60,984 nucleotides of DNA from Phoronis australis. Its lineage: Eukaryota > Animalia > Phoronida. Below the pieces are notes generated by a model. That model was given only the letters and a program-made list of their open reading frames with translations, did not search any database and had not been told where the DNA came from. Location: positions 459,947-520,930 of the forward strand of contig NMRA01000303.1 in the NCBI GenBank assembly GCA_002633005.1, given 5' to 3'. The position numbers were made by a program, and so were the translations under genes. Shown here one piece after another: positions 26,880 through 40,792 of this stretch. How positions within the stretch are numbered: the first letter of the stretch is position 1; each line of letters starts with the position of its first letter.

Positions 26880-28135
26880 AGACGTTAAGCGCAATTTCTA
26901 CTGATCCCATGCAGTGTAGTCGGGAATTTTCAACCTACTGGTATTATCAGCGTTATAACACCTTTCGTGCTATAAGCAGTGGCAGATCGAGAATATCATC
27001 AGTGGGTGGAGCCAACATTTTGTCACATAGTGCCGAATGGGGGAGGTCGGGATCGGGTTTCCAGAGAAAATTTTGTTATTGCTTATGAAAACAGGCATTT
27101 TCTTAGATTTCTGAAGTATAATTTGTGGAAACTTGCAAAAGTATCCCCCTTTACACAAAGGCGGTGCTACTGACAATGTAAACAATTACAGACCAATTTC
27201 AATTTGCCGGTCTTGTCTAAATTGTTGGAGAGGCATGTTCACAAAACTCTTTATATTCATTTTTGACTGAACATGATTTAGTAGTTGCCTCTCACTCCGG
27301 TTTCAGAAGTGACCACACCTGTGAAACTGCCCTCGTTAATATTGTTAACGCCTGGGCTCAGGTTGTGGATAACGGTCACAACGTTAGTGTAGTATTTTTG
27401 GATTTTAAGCTTTTGATCTTGTTGATCACAATATACTTTTAAGCAAACTGTTACTTTACAAGGTAGACAAGGTTTCGCTAGACTGGTTTCAATCATATCT
27501 CTCAGAGAGGTGCCAGGTTGTCTCCCTTGGTGGACATCTGCTTGAGTCCCGAGGTACCACACACGGTGTTCCCCAGGGATCCATCCTGGGACCTTTGCTG
27601 TTTTTACTTTTTATAAATGATCTCTCTTTAATCTGCGAAAACACGATTGACACGTATGCAGATGATACTACTTTGTCTGTTGTGGCAAACTCGCTGATTG
27701 TTGTAAAGAACAGACTCCAATCTGATTTGGATAAAGTTGCTACCTGGGGTACTGATAATAAAATGGCAATTAATGCTGAAAAAAAAACAAAGTGCACGGG
27801 TATTGCCTCAGAGCAACGACATAGTAGAAGTAACCTTGAACTTAATCTTGCTATTTCGGATGTACGGATCAAACAGGTTGACAATGAAATGTTACTGGGT
27901 GTTACTGTAGACAAGACCCTCAGCTAGACTAGCCATATTAGTGGGACTGTGTCCAAAATTAGACAGCGTCTTGGTCTTCTCCGCCGTATATCACCATTTC
28001 TTCCCAAAGAAGGGCCTCTGCAATATCTCAGAGTTTGTATATTCCTTCTACTCGTTTATTGTAGTGCACTGTGGTCAGGATGCAATGCAAGATTGGTTTC
28101 CTCTTTATTGAAGGCTCAAAAGCAGGCGGCCAAGG
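26880..28135 (+). mobile_element. Degenerate CR1/L2-group LINE reverse transcriptase fragment
   Basis: WKLAKVSP.HKGG..NNYRPIS, SGFRSDHTCETAL, VFLDF.AFDLVDH, GVPQGSILGPLLFLLFINDL, YADDTTL, LLGVTVDKTLS. Frameshifts and stops. Confidence 0.92.
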
Positions 28136-28431
28136 GCCACGCAGATTTTGGTAATTTTGAGGGAAATATTGGCGAAATGTTACTCAAATAAAGAGAGGTG
28201 CTTGAAAATAAATGGATATGTTTCTGTTTTTCGCATGATTTGGAGTATTTGGCATTATAAAATCATGTAAACTATACATTGAGGTGATGTAAAACGACGA
28301 AATATGCGGACTGAAAGCGGGTCCTGACCATGAGCATTTAAATTTGCCCTTCTCACAGTAAGAGGGCAGATCTTCATCCGATTTGGAGATGAAAGAACGA
28401 TAAGATGGTAGACGAGTCTTGTGATTACTTT

Positions 28432-28592
28432 CAGGGGTGGATCAAGGATTTTGAGTTAGGGGGGAGGGGGAAGAACACAGTGTTAGTCAAGGTTTTGCAC
28501 GTCAAACATTTGCACCCCCTAAGGGCCAAATCGAAGCTGGGAGACTTTTAGGGGGGCCAAAGCTCCCTTGGCCCCCTCAAAATCCTCCACTG
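28432..28592. mobile_element. Short GC-rich MITE (CAGGGGTGGATC...ATCCTCCACTG)
   Basis: Imperfect terminal inverted repeats with internal G/C tracts. Similar short elements at ~23816-23900, ~52471 and 57931-58082. Confidence 0.55.
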
Positions 28593-29646
28593 ACTTTGAT
28601 TTATTTAAATAAGTGATTCACAGGTCTGGTTCGCATTTTTATCCTCTGGCAAGCGCGTGCACATGTGATATTTTAAACATCTTATGAGACGTCCGTGCTG
28701 ACTTCAAAAAAATTGTATAACTTCTATCGACCATTGAATCTCGGCAAAAATGACACGTACCATCCTTTGTCAGTTACCGTAAATTGCAACTGAGAAGGGA
28801 GAGTTTCACCTATGTGAGAAATCAAGTGACACATAGAGCTCTCAGCTGGAGATGAACCGTCAACGTGTTACTCCCGTCAAGCAGAGCTATATTAAGTCTC
28901 AGTCGCAAACAGCACACTAACATGGTAGGTCGAACCTTTTGTTTTGTCGGATACCTTTACAATATCTTATTTCAACTAAACAACTTCACGAATCGAAACT
29001 TTGCTGTAATATAATAAACAGTATGTCTAGCATCAAGTAAACGATCTACGAAGCCTACAGCAGCAGTCGGTTTAGACCAACAAAAGAAAATTTTAGATTT
29101 GCAATTTATAGAAAGCGGCCCTTTGTCAACAAGGGCGGCAAACGTCACGAGCCCCGCCAATGTTGGGGTGGCTTTTTGACACTTTTTCTTCCTTGCCAGG
29201 GCATCGAATTATGGACCTGTTGGAGGAAATCGTTTGGAATCATTACACAGAAATTTTCGTGGCACTTTGCGTGTAGTTAGGTAGCAGTGTTTCTTGAAGG
29301 AATTTTTAGTTGAAAGCGATGAACTTTTGATTTCAAATCAACGGTCCGGAATTTTAAGTGAATTTTGCTTACGAAGTACTGTACGAAGAAATGTGACTTT
29401 AATAAGGCTTAGTAACCTGAGTTTTATAGTAATTGCTTCTTCGTTAAATTTAATTTTTTGTACGCAAAAATTACATTGAGGGCACGATTCTAGATCGTAG
29501 TTAAACATTCTCTAGCTCTTTGACTTCGCGCAAAAGGTGAGGTAATGAACAACTTGTTACGAAACAGCTACTTTTCCATGTATTTTGAGTTGCTGCTACA
29601 TGTAACAATCGTGAATTCTTTCATAACATTTACTTGACAGGACAAG

Positions 29647-29713
29647 ATGTCACAGACTCCACCTCTCGGGATGTACTGGGCTATAATCGCACTAGTGATG
29701 AGCTGTCACGCTG
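29647..29713 (+). CDS. NIDO + CBM14-like gene 2, first coding exon (signal peptide)
   Basis: MSQTPPLGMYWAIIALVMSCHA then G|GTAAGA phase-1 donor matching the phase-1 acceptor at 34129. Hydrophobic core with small residues at -3/-1. Upstream TTGACAG acceptor suggests a 5'-UTR exon. Confidence 0.75.
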
Positions 29714-32700
29714 GTAAGACTGTGCTTGCGAAGAACTGCCTTCCACAGTTAGTCCTCCGAATCAGATGGCCGTTTTTGCAAACGCGGCGTGTTCTAATGT
29801 TCCCAATAAGCTTCTCAGAGCATTGCAATGGTATCGATTATGCGGTTGGTGGAACCACTCGGTTGTATTTATGCGCGCAGTACATAGGCTACTATTTACT
29901 GAATTTGCCGGTTCTGCCGAGTCAACAGGCTTAGACATCTCTGATTGGGTCTCAATGACAACTTCTGCGTTACACAGCAATCAGATGTCTTTGCCGGTTG
30001 ACCCGGCGGAACTGGTGAAACCTGGCAAAGTCTTGTCAGATTTGAAGTGCAGCCATAGTTTCCATGGTCAAGATGTAATTCTTCACACTCAAGAGGTACA
30101 CTTTGAAGGGTATATCGTAGATTCACAAAGATGATAATCATTGGTTTTCATATTAAACAATGTGTTTCTTGAGTGAACATACGTGTACATATCACATGTC
30201 CATAATGAAAAGACAATTGGAAATCTTGGTTTTATTTATTTGTGTAAATAAGTAATGAATACAAAAAAGTGGTAAATGAAAACCGTGTGTTCGTGGTCAT
30301 GATTATGGAAGAAATTAGTTTACATTTAATTTTGTCATGGATTATATAGACTGGACTTACAGAAGTTCACTTCGTAGTACGCCAGCGAACTAGAAAAGTC
30401 AAATGAAACGTCCACAGTTTTCAAAGTTTTCAAATGAGCAGACGATTTACCTGCATTTAAGCCCATAAGAGACGATTTTGCATGGAATCATTTCATATGA
30501 CTAATCATATTGACTGAAAACATAAACATTGGTGATTAGGCGAGATATTTGTTGCATTCGTAACACAGTTGGCGGACAAGGTGATTGATTTTGTATTTTA
30601 ATTCAAAATATACAATCATTTGGTCCACACGTTATGGTGACACATCAGAGGCCGGGATCGATATATTTGTTGAATTATGTGACGACTTGTGGTTCTTCCA
30701 TCTGAGTATTTTGTCGGTTAGACTAACGTTTTTCCACCTTTGGCAAGTTATTCCCCACTGCTATGAGGACAACATCACTCATAACGAAGGTCATCGTACA
30801 ATGCTTTAGTCTGTTAAAAGGATGGATATCAGCTATTGTGTGAAACCTGTATTACTGTTTAGCTGGGTAGCAAACCGTTTTATCATAAACTATAGAAAAA
30901 CACTTTTATAATATCATGAAGTAAAGCCACCAAATGAAACAAAATACCACAAAATTTAAAATCAGATTACACGAGAGGGAAAGACTTAATTACTTAAAAT
31001 TTCCTCAAGTACTGATAGGCGTTTTAGTGGTTATCATATATTTTACATTAACTCTGATTGAAATATAAAGCTTAGATACTTAGGAAAAGCCAGCATTTCA
31101 TTCCTTCCTGAGATTTGTGCAGAGTTAGGACTGAAAACAAATAAAAAAGTCACTTGCAACTTGCAACACTGTCAATACTTCTTGACTGGCAATGTGGTGG
31201 TGATCCAGGTAAGAAATTAGCTCCTGGATATCGGTCTTGGGTATTTATACCTGAACGACTCATCTTGTGTTAGAAAGCATAACCATGCACTGTTAGTTAC
31301 CTTTAACCATAAAACATCCATTTCTTTTAAAGCATAATAGTTTGTCTTAATGAAATTTACACTTGTTACTAACAGACTTTGTTCAAGAAAAGAACCCAAA
31401 TCCCGTGATGACAGTGAAAGGCAGCACAGCATACACAAAATAGACATTTTTCATTTTTTATTTTCCCAGTTCCACTGAGTAAGTAACAAGGGTCTGGGAC
31501 TCCCCTGTCTTACTTTATAGTTGGAAACTGTCAACACAAACATACAGTGGAATTGATTTTTACATTGACAAACAGAAAAACAACAATATTACATAATGTG
31601 ACTGTGTTGTATACATTTCTGAGAAAGGAATACAAAAAATCCTTTGCATACTATTTTTTCCAAAATAGAGTTTCTCAACCAATTTTTGTATTGTAGAATT
31701 TACTCTTCATCTATCTTACTTGAGAATTCATACAGGAAAGCCTACAGCTTGAGCATCAGAATATTGCATTTATAAAATTTCAACATCTAAAGTCATCCAG
31801 TGTTTAACATGAGTAATTTCATCAATGTTGTGCACTGCTTTTCAGAGGAAAAACTTTGACAACGCAGTAAATTAAAAAAAAAATACTTTTATTAAAAAAA
31901 CGTACTGTCAAGGTTGAAAGCAGGATGTTTAGCAAACAGTTTGATATAAATATCATTACAATGTGTTCAGACACGGCCAGTTAGCAACTGAAAGTTTATC
32001 CCCTAACTATGAGTCACAAGAATTTACCGGTGAATGAAAAGTGTGTGAAGTGCTCGCATTACTTCGATTTTTAAAAATGTTCATTAATGTCTCAGTTTAT
32101 TGTAATGGATATTAATAGAAAGGACAAAGTTTGAATATTTCGCTGGCGTATTTTTCATTTTCTACCACTTTGCGCGCTAATAGATATGACCTTGTGAAAA
32201 TCACGAAAAATGGCAAAATTTCGCTCTTCGCGGAATTTTTGCCACATTGGCTTGCGTTATCGTAGACGTAGTTACAGATGAGAAACTATTACATTTAAGT
32301 CAAGCCAAACTTCCTACAAATTCACAAAATTCAAACTAAATTTCCTCGTAAAAGACTGTGAATTCAACCAGATGAAAAGATTCATCCAATTAATTCAACC
32401 GTTTCTTTAGGCCACAAGTCTCGATTCTTGTGTTGAACTGTCGCAGTGTTCGGGCCGATCAACAACAACTTGTCAAGTTAGTTCCGCGCGTTTCGTAGCA
32501 AAAATGCGACTTGTATGGCTGGCATACGTGATTTAGTTTGCATAAAACACAGCAAGTTAACTTCAAACTAAAAAAAATTGCTCGAAATTCGCGAAATAAA
32601 AGCGAAAGTTTACCTTCGTTGTTACATAAAACCAAGACACCAGAAGTTATGAATCCTCCACGAGATACATATACAGTATGACGAAGTCGTGAATCTCTTA

Positions 32701-34128
32701 GCGAGTATCTACACTGTATGGTTTTATCAGAGTAAAAGGTCTAAATAGGACTAGCTGTAAACAAACCAGCGTGGCCGTAAGCGGGTAAAGGGCATTTATT
32801 GAATGCAAAATACTGACTAATAGGAATAAATTAAACAAAATGACGCTGAAAAGGAAGCTTAAATTAAGGACTTGAGAGAGATTTAATTTTACTTTCAGAA
32901 CATCTCGAAAAGGATATCATTGAAAAGAACTAAAATTCATCAAAATCTACGAAACAGTTACAGAGTTAGGACATTATAGTTCACCGTATGACACGGTCCA
33001 TAACACTCAGTTCCACACAACGAAATGGCCACCCTGCAATACTTATACAAAGTTACATGATAGCCAATCCCTGTCTCTATATGCACATCTATGCACGAGA
33101 CAAGTCAAATGGAATCCTGAAAAACTCAGTGTTAATTATCTACATGAACAGTAAATAAATCATTTTATAAGTGGTCGTCAGGACGTATGGGGAAGTCTCT
33201 CAAAATGATTGCATTTTGTTGAATTTCGATCTCCAATCTTATTCTTATTATTGAGGTCACAGGAGAGTCATCTTTCAATAAGACTCCTCTCAAGTAATGA
33301 CAGATTGGCATGCTGGGCAAACATCCTATCACCTGGGGTGAGACAGGTGATACGTGGTTGACGAAAGAGATAAAACAGACGTTGTCAATAGTCATCATAA
33401 CACGATGATGTGACAAAAACGATTGATGGATTCAATATGCTTCTGAGATACACAGTTTGATAAATGAAATTTTGTACTTCACGGCTTACAAGATAATTGA
33501 TTTTATGATTTATGTTATAAAGCTTACAGCCACCAAAGCCATTTAAGTTGATGTAGGATCCTAGAAAAAGGCTAATTTTGGTCAACTTCCGTAAATCGTA
33601 CAGGTATCTCAGAAATGACTGATCGGATTAACACGAAACTTTCAAATTCTATGCTTTATTTACTGTTCTGTGAAGCTCTGTTAGGTGTGTTTTTGAAATT
33701 TTCCACCTTTGCATAATGGGACTATCAAAAATAGGACAGATACGGTTTTTATGACTTTTTGAAGTTGCATAGAAGAACAAGTTAAGAATAGTTTAGAAAA
33801 TTATATTGCAAGAGTGATTTTGAGATTTTTTCGTGGACATTTATATCATTATAAATTTGTCTTGTTATTGATCTTGTTATTTTGCTGTGAATTTACATTT
33901 CCTTTTTGCTAAATTTACCTACAAAAACAAGGTCACGTAACCAAATCAGCGACAGAATTTCTACTTTCAGAAAAATTGCCGAGTTAAATTCTACAGTTTT
34001 GTAGATATTTGGCTACGGACCTGTTGATAAGGTCACACATAACCTTTAACAGGTCGACAAGGGACTACATTTCCTGTTTTGCAACAAAACAACTGAAACT
34101 AAAATTTATCATATATGTATATATTCAG

Positions 34129-34334
34129 CAAAAACACACGACCGGGTAAAGCACATAGTCGAGGATTCAGTGAGGCCTGAATACAGATGTCCACACGGAC
34201 CAGAAACGAACAGACTTTATCCGTTTGGGCTGTGCGTCAACGACACCATGTTGCCGAGAACTGATGATGGTTACGAAGAATTTAAGCTGCAGCGGAAAAT
34301 CCGTTTTTATGGCAAAGAGTACGACGAGCTTTAC
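34129..34334 (+). CDS. NIDO + CBM14-like gene 2, exon 2
   Basis: ATTCAG acceptor (alternative in-phase AG at 34169-34170), GTAAGG donor. LYPFGLCVNDTMLPRTDDG..IRFYGKEYDELY. Confidence 0.9.
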
Positions 34335-34951
34335 GTAAGGACTGTTGCGATATTCGTACATATACGAAGTGGAATGGTTCAAAAAATGACGATAGCATAC
34401 CGCCATGTTGTGCTCAGAATTAAGCCGAACAATAATCGAATCAACGTTAAACGGGCTTCACCGATGGGTATACTATAGGTTGAAAGTTTGTACCAAAATT
34501 AACTCCGTCTGAAAAAGTTTTGACCAGCATGTATACGTTGTTTGCCAAAATTCTATGTATTGTTAGTTCCGCTCAGGAAGTGACTCATTACCGATACGAT
34601 ACTCGTATCCTAGAAATTAGATGAAAACGGTACAGAATAAACAAACAAATTTGGTGCATTCAGAACAACGGATTTAACGTGAGTGGGGACGGAGGGGGAG
34701 GGACGGAGCGAGAGACAGAGAGATAGGGCTAGATAGAGAGGGAGGGAGGGACAAAGGAAGGGGGGAGAGGTAGAGGGGGATATAAAGTGAGAGACGTTTC
34801 TAACGACTGGCATGAACCATCTCAATTTCGAATGCGTTGGCCATCCCTGTCTGAACTGGTGTTACTTCTAAATTATTAAATTACTCAGTCTCAGAACAAA
34901 ACATCTTTCGTGTATTTGACGGCATGATTTGTTACGTTAGGCTGATTAACC

Positions 34952-35059
34952 TGGTTTGTAAATAATGATATTTTATGTCACGGATAAGAATGAAATGTAA
35001 CCTTGTGGTTTGTATATAATGATATTTTAGGTCACGGATAAGAATGAAATGTAACCTTG
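34952..35059. repeat. 54-bp tandem duplication (2 copies), intronic
   Basis: TGGTTTGTA.ATAATGATATTTTA.GTCACGGATAAGAATGAAATGTAACCTTG twice. Confidence 0.92.
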
Positions 35060-35243
35060 TGGTGAATTCCGCTAGAGACATAGAGAGTGGAGTAATTTAA
35101 ATAACGATTTAAATAGATTTAGCACATTTGCTTAATTTTCAGAAGACATGGAAGTATTCCTGAAAATTCTGATAGGCATGTAAAACTACTAGAGAGATTT
35201 AGATTGTTTCTTGAAGCAGGATCAAATTTAACGTTTGTTTCAG

Positions 35244-35399
35244 ATCTGCAATAATGGGCTTGTCGCGTTCGAGTTTGGCGTCTCTCTTGCTCCTCCATCC
35301 TCTATGAAAAAAGCCGTGTCACTTGCACACCCCTTCATTGCCCCATTTTGGACAGATGTTGACTCGCGTGGCGGAACTGGACGGGTTTATTACAGACAG
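35244..35399 (+). CDS. NIDO + CBM14-like gene 2, exon 3
   Basis: TTTCAG / GTAGGG. ICNNGLVAF...FIAPFWTDVDSRGGTGRVYYRQ. Confidence 0.95.
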
Positions 35400-35608
35400 G
35401 TAGGGGTTACAGACAATGAACTCTGATTGACACTTGTTGTATACTAAGTTTTGAAACAAATTTATCTTACCTTTATTCGGTATAGATTTCAATCATTGAA
35501 TGGCCTGGGTTTAATTTCAGGGGAAATCACGTGGTACATGAACGTTTTCAACGGAATGCAGATTGCCAAAGCAGCCTATACTGGCTTACTTGTTTTCGCC
35601 TTTTCCAG

Positions 35609-35758
35609 ATTATGTCGGGTGAAACTTTTGTGAAAATCGAAAGAAGGGTAAAGGAGTCATTAGCGTTGGAAAGTTTTAACATGGATCTAGCCGTGATAGT
35701 CACGTGGTACAATGTTGCGGCTCATCCTCCGGAAGGCGGCGCTCAAAATACTTACCTG
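35609..35758 (+). CDS. NIDO + CBM14-like gene 2, exon 4
   Basis: TTTTCCAG / GTATGA. IMSGETF...LAVIVTWYNVAAHP. Confidence 0.92.
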
Positions 35759-37486
35759 GTATGAGTTTCAATAGAATGTTTGTGAAATGTTAAGCAATGT
35801 AGAGTGTTGCAGCACTTCTGTAGGGGCCATGGCGTGAGCCTGTCACTGCCCACTGTGAATCCGCCAAATCTTTTCTTGTCCACGGTCTCAGAATTTAAGG
35901 AAGGCTATGCAACAAAATGACGATTCTGTATGACTTCCTCTGATTAAATTCGAAATTCGCTTGCAGACTATTTAATTACGGTTTGTAAAGGAAGGGAACA
36001 CAATTTCTTTTGCAATACCCCGCCTTGTGGGTACTTCGAACAAAATGAGAAATTCGTAGCGAGCTACTATTTACGCAAATGCTTTGTGGCTAGGAAGACA
36101 CGAAGTCGTTGAAAATTCAACTTAATTAAAACCACTTAGCTTTAAACCGCTGCAGTGTGCCTGATCGCTAAATACAGGCATCATTTCATAACTCATGACC
36201 TAACCCAAGCTTAGTCGATGCTCGAAACGAAATGGTGCCTTGAAATGACTCGTTAGTGTTGCTAACATGCTTAAAATATGAAACGTTTTATCTCTACAAG
36301 GAACAAGTCTTCCCAGGCAGACTCCATAGCATACGCCAATTTACATGTACACTGTGACCCAAATTATTATTTTCTGATTGATAAATTCGTCATCACGCCG
36401 GTTTCCGAATTATCTGCTACATTGTGCAAACAAACAAGAAACTGACATAAAGCAAAGATACTGATCGAATTTGGCGGACAAGTGCCTAATCTTTCTTTGT
36501 AACAGTTTTTTTCTCATACAAACAAAACGCCCATAGCTGCTTTTGAAAGATTCAAAACACGTTGTTTAGTGTTCGACTTTATCCTTTATAGCAATGTCTT
36601 CCTAGCTAGTGTAAATGTACTCGGATTCTGCTAAACGCCTAAATGCTGGTGATCAAACTTGAACCTCAAGACTTCAGAGTAAATCTATAGGTCCCAATGT
36701 GTTTTTGGTTCATTCCGTGGACGCAAGGTACTCGCAGATAAAGATACTGTGATTGCGTGAGAGGTTTATGACGCGTGGCGACATCTCACTTTCTTGCAAG
36801 AAACATGAACTAAAGAATTCAGCCCAGACGAGGCATGATGCAGACAAACAGTAATGCGCGTTCAGTCAACTGCCAAAAGTGTGAGTTAGCTAAGAGTAAG
36901 GTTCACATCAATGTGACGTCATAGAACAGTTGTATGTACTACAGTGACGGTAGCCCGGACGGCATATTCCACTAACGTCTGTAGATAGCCGGCAACGAGC
37001 TATGTGCTTACCATATTGGCACTAAAACAAGTGTCTGGGACACTACATGAAGTTCTTCGTTGGCGCCATTTTCAAAAACCCGAGAAGTGAAGTTGCGTCT
37101 TCAGATTCCTGTTGAGACGCGAGTTTGTTGTGCACCTGTCCAAATTATCCCTAAAAACACGCTACCTTTCTGAAAAAGTCCATGACGCATTCAAAAGCGT
37201 AAGGAATTCATTGAAGTTGTTTGAATTCATATCACAAATTGCATTCAGTGTAATTTGAATTCAAGCTGATGTTGAATGCGATAACATACGCTGCATCATT
37301 CTTATTATCATTAATAATCTTTGACAGCAGTTATGAGATGTGGCAAACAGTTGGTTTTTAGGTTGAGTCAGATGTGTAGAGTTGGTTGTCTTCATTCTGA
37401 CAAACGAAAATAAGTTCCAATAATGTAAGTTCAAACATGGAGCGGTTCCACTTATAACCACATTCTAATTCACATCTCCATTGCAG

Positions 37487-37597
37487 CGGAACACTTTTCA
37501 GTTGGTGCTAGCGTCGGATGGGCCACGACTGGTCGGTTTTTACATATACCAAAACATTGGGTGGGCCTTGAATGAAGATAATGGACCGGCGCCTGTG
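37487..37597 (+). CDS. NIDO + CBM14-like gene 2, exon 5 (NIDO core; absent from the ORF track)
   Basis: TTGCAG / GTAAGA. RNTFQLVLASDGPRLVGFYIYQNIGWALNEDNGPAPV. Confidence 0.93.
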
Positions 37598-38314
37598 GTA
37601 AGAGTCAAAGATAATGAGGTACTCAACATATCTAGGAGGTGGCGCTAGTAAATTCTGGTCGACGTTTGAGTTTGATAGACATCTTTGAAACCTGGTACTT
37701 GGTTAGAAAATCCATGTTGAGGACAATCAAACAATCAAAGCATGCATTTACAACCTTAGTTGGTGTAACCACAGTCATACTCTAGATGATAAAGGCTGTA
37801 ATCACTACGCCCAGTGCTCACATATCACTCGAGCGCCACACTTTGTCTTGGTTACACAAAGTCTGATTCAGATTTTTTACTATACCAGTATGTTTACTGA
37901 ATCTGTCTGAAAAGATTTAAACCAAGAAAATAATATCAAAATTCATGTTTCTGAGAAATGTTTAACAATGTGGGTTCTCGTTAAATGATTAACTGTTCGA
38001 TTATTGAACTGACTCGAACCATTTGAAAGCTGTCCTCGGGGTGAACACCTGAATGAACAATCCTTTTCATTGAAGAGTTTTTTGTTCTTGCCTTGATTAA
38101 CAGTTGTAGTGACAACGTTGATGTCAATTATGATAATGATGGTAATACTGATGACTTCAAAACAGTTAGAGTACAAAAGCACTGTATTTGTCACAATGAT
38201 GGTGATGGTCAGGATAATAACGACAACAATGAAAGCAAATTGTCGCAATGTGACATAAGACTTTATTTTTGTGAAGTGCGAACAATTTAAAGTTTGTTTA
38301 ATTTGCAATTTAAG

Positions 38315-38495
38315 GTGGGTTCTGACGCTGGTGATATTGGAACGCACAATTTCTACGCTCCTCAGTCGTTCACAGTCGAAGCGATGAGCATGGCGAAAGT
38401 TACCAACGTCTTGTTCAGAAATCAGTCTACCTTGCGACCCAAAGAGGGCGTGTGGGTTTCAGAGTACTACCTGACGGGAGCTAATAAAATCTACC
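38315..38495 (+). CDS. NIDO + CBM14-like gene 2, exon 6
   Basis: TTTAAG / GTGAGT (phase 1). VGSDAGD...MAKVTNV...EGVWV, homologous to the gene 1 exon at 15894. Confidence 0.88.
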
Positions 38496-39649
38496 GTGAG
38501 TGTGTCAGCAGGAAATCAAGATTTTTTTTTGAAATGCGTTACTTTACTCTACAAGTGATATCTTGCAACCGCAAGAACTTGCTGGTGACCAGGTGTGGTG
38601 CGCTCACATTTTCCTTGGTCGCACTAAAGAAAATTCTCCTACGCTTGTGCTAATTTTCGCATTAACGACAGGGCCCTGTCACATCTTAGCACTTGTCATT
38701 AGTATCGCGAAAACAGCACGAACACCGAGTAGCAACCGAATAAGCGTTATTTAATTAAAGGGACTCCAGTGCTATACCAAGCTACGTGAATACTAATTCT
38801 AGCTATGTTCTGTAGAAATATTACACAATAGGCTAAAACCAATATAAAGAACAGAATTGGATTCAAAACATATTCTTGGCCAAAGTTGATCGCTTTCGTA
38901 GTCCTGTCCATCTTACTAAGGAAAGCATGCGCGCACCTAGCTTAAAATATAGGGGGACTCGAATTTCCCGATATGAAGACCTTTTACTGAACAAAATCAA
39001 CGAGGAATAAAATAACGAGGACTAAAACTAAAACAAAAAACTGGACCACTAAGTTCAGGCTAATTCGCCAAATTGAGGGGCTCGTTCGAGACCCTGAGCC
39101 CCCCCTCCCCCGTGGGTGCGCCCATGGAAGGCAAACAACAATGGTGTGATAGCGTCCCAAGAATCTTGTGGTCAATGTCGCATTCGAGGCACGTCCCGGG
39201 CCAAAGTTGCCCATTCTCGTCCAGAGCCCGTTTTATTCAAAACTGTAAGACGGACGCAAACATTCTGGTATGGCGGAGCCTTAAAGTGGAATTTGCACTC
39301 TAACACCTCATCTCTGTGATTCCTTAGTCAAGTTAGTTAGAAGCACTACATAAATCGATGATGTGAATATGAAGTAGTTTGTAAATTTCCAAGATCAAGA
39401 TTTGTGTCAAAAATGATCCATCGTAAATCACTCAAGCGTGTCCAGTAAGTATTGTGACGTGGTGTTGCGGAATAACACTTCATGATGCGGGTTATAAGAA
39501 CAAACAAGGTACGTCATTAGTGCAAAGGTCACCTGTTTGCAGATTTTCTTTCACATGTACGAGACGTCAATGAATACAAGTGGACTTTGTTTAGTGGTGA
39601 TGATGTTCAAATACCACTGTCGCTTAGTTCCTGCATACCTAGGACCACG

Positions 39650-40792
39650 CAGTTCTGTAGTGGGGCGTAGGCTCACGTAGGCGCAGCCAACCACCGTTTT
39701 ACATTTCAACTTAACACCTAAGCACCGTAATTTTTAAAAAGTGACTGTATAGTGAGAGGTAATCTTCTTGATACGATAGGTTACGGTATCGATACGCTGA
39801 AACACTGGTGACAGAACTGTTCCGAACATTTCAGCGCGCGCGACCGCCAGGCATGCTTTGCTGAGGTCATGATTGGCAAAACTCGGCTATAAGTCGTCAA
39901 AAGTAAACAGCTCCATTTCATTCAACGTACTACATCAGCATTTCGAGTTAGCCAGTGATTCGCGAGAGCTGAACATCTTTTTGGGATTACTGCGATATTT
40001 GAAAAGTTCCACCTTCATTCAGAATCTTGTGCTAATGCACAACGTGCTAGCAGAGCTGTCAAGGAAACACAACAGAGCAACAGCAGAAAAGCTTATTGAC
40101 CGAATGGTTCGTGTCCTCAATATATGGTTGATGATATCGGCAGGTATTCGCGTCTGCACTTGCATGCGCTCAAGAGAAGAGGTTTGGGTCAAAGAAACTT
40201 CAGGAAACCCATAATGAAACAATCATGACCATACGTTCTGGACAGGATATTCAAAATGTTGTCGTGAACTTGGAGCAGCGTTCACTTGAGAATGATGAGC
40301 AGTCATTTTGCTCTTTTCTGAGCATCTTGGACCCCAAAACGTGACCGATGGGATCTGGGATAAGACATGGCGACCACGAAGTCAAGGGTATTTGCGAGGT
40401 TTGGGTTGGTTGCCACAACGGCAATCAGGGAAATACGTGAGTGCGTAGCACTGGAGGAGATGGTTACAGTAGACAACCTGCCAAGTGCTCTGCGACAACT
40501 GGATCTCTGAACTAAAGACTCTTCCTTGCAGTGCAGCTTATTGTGAGCGAGGATTCAGCTAAATGAATTGGATTGTAACAGACGCTTGCTCTTGTTTGCT
40601 ATAAAAACCACCTTCAGTTGCGGTTTGGTAAGGCCCCCGCTTTCCATGTTCGACCCTTATGCAGAAACTTGGATTAGACAACACAGAACTACTGATAGTT
40701 CTCAGTCTTTGGAGAAGAACAAGACTGCCGACAAGAACATTTGTGCAGGATTCTGTAACTAAACAGTAACAATTTTGGTGTTATACCACTGG
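39650..40792 (+). mobile_element. Decayed hAT transposase remnant (ZNF862/KIAA1586-like) in the last intron of gene 2
   Basis: FIQNLVLMHNVLAELS, hAT dimerisation motif KTLPCSAAYCERGFS*MN (~40515-40570), and PPLSMFDPYAETW..HR. Boundaries approximate. Confidence 0.75.

Noticed and set aside
29762-30141. Overlapping ORFs on both strands in intron 1 of gene 2
   Set aside because: No recognisable motif and no clear in-phase splice sites; cannot support coding status.
33187-33262. Signal-peptide-like stretch MGKSLKMIAFC*ISISNLILIIEVT as an alternative first exon of gene 2
   Set aside because: In-frame TGA and a non-canonical GAGAGT where a donor would be; the exon at 29647 fits much better.
37943-38290. 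Asp/Asn-rich (+) and Ile-rich (-) ORFs
   Set aside because: Decayed (GAT/AAT)n low-complexity intronic sequence.
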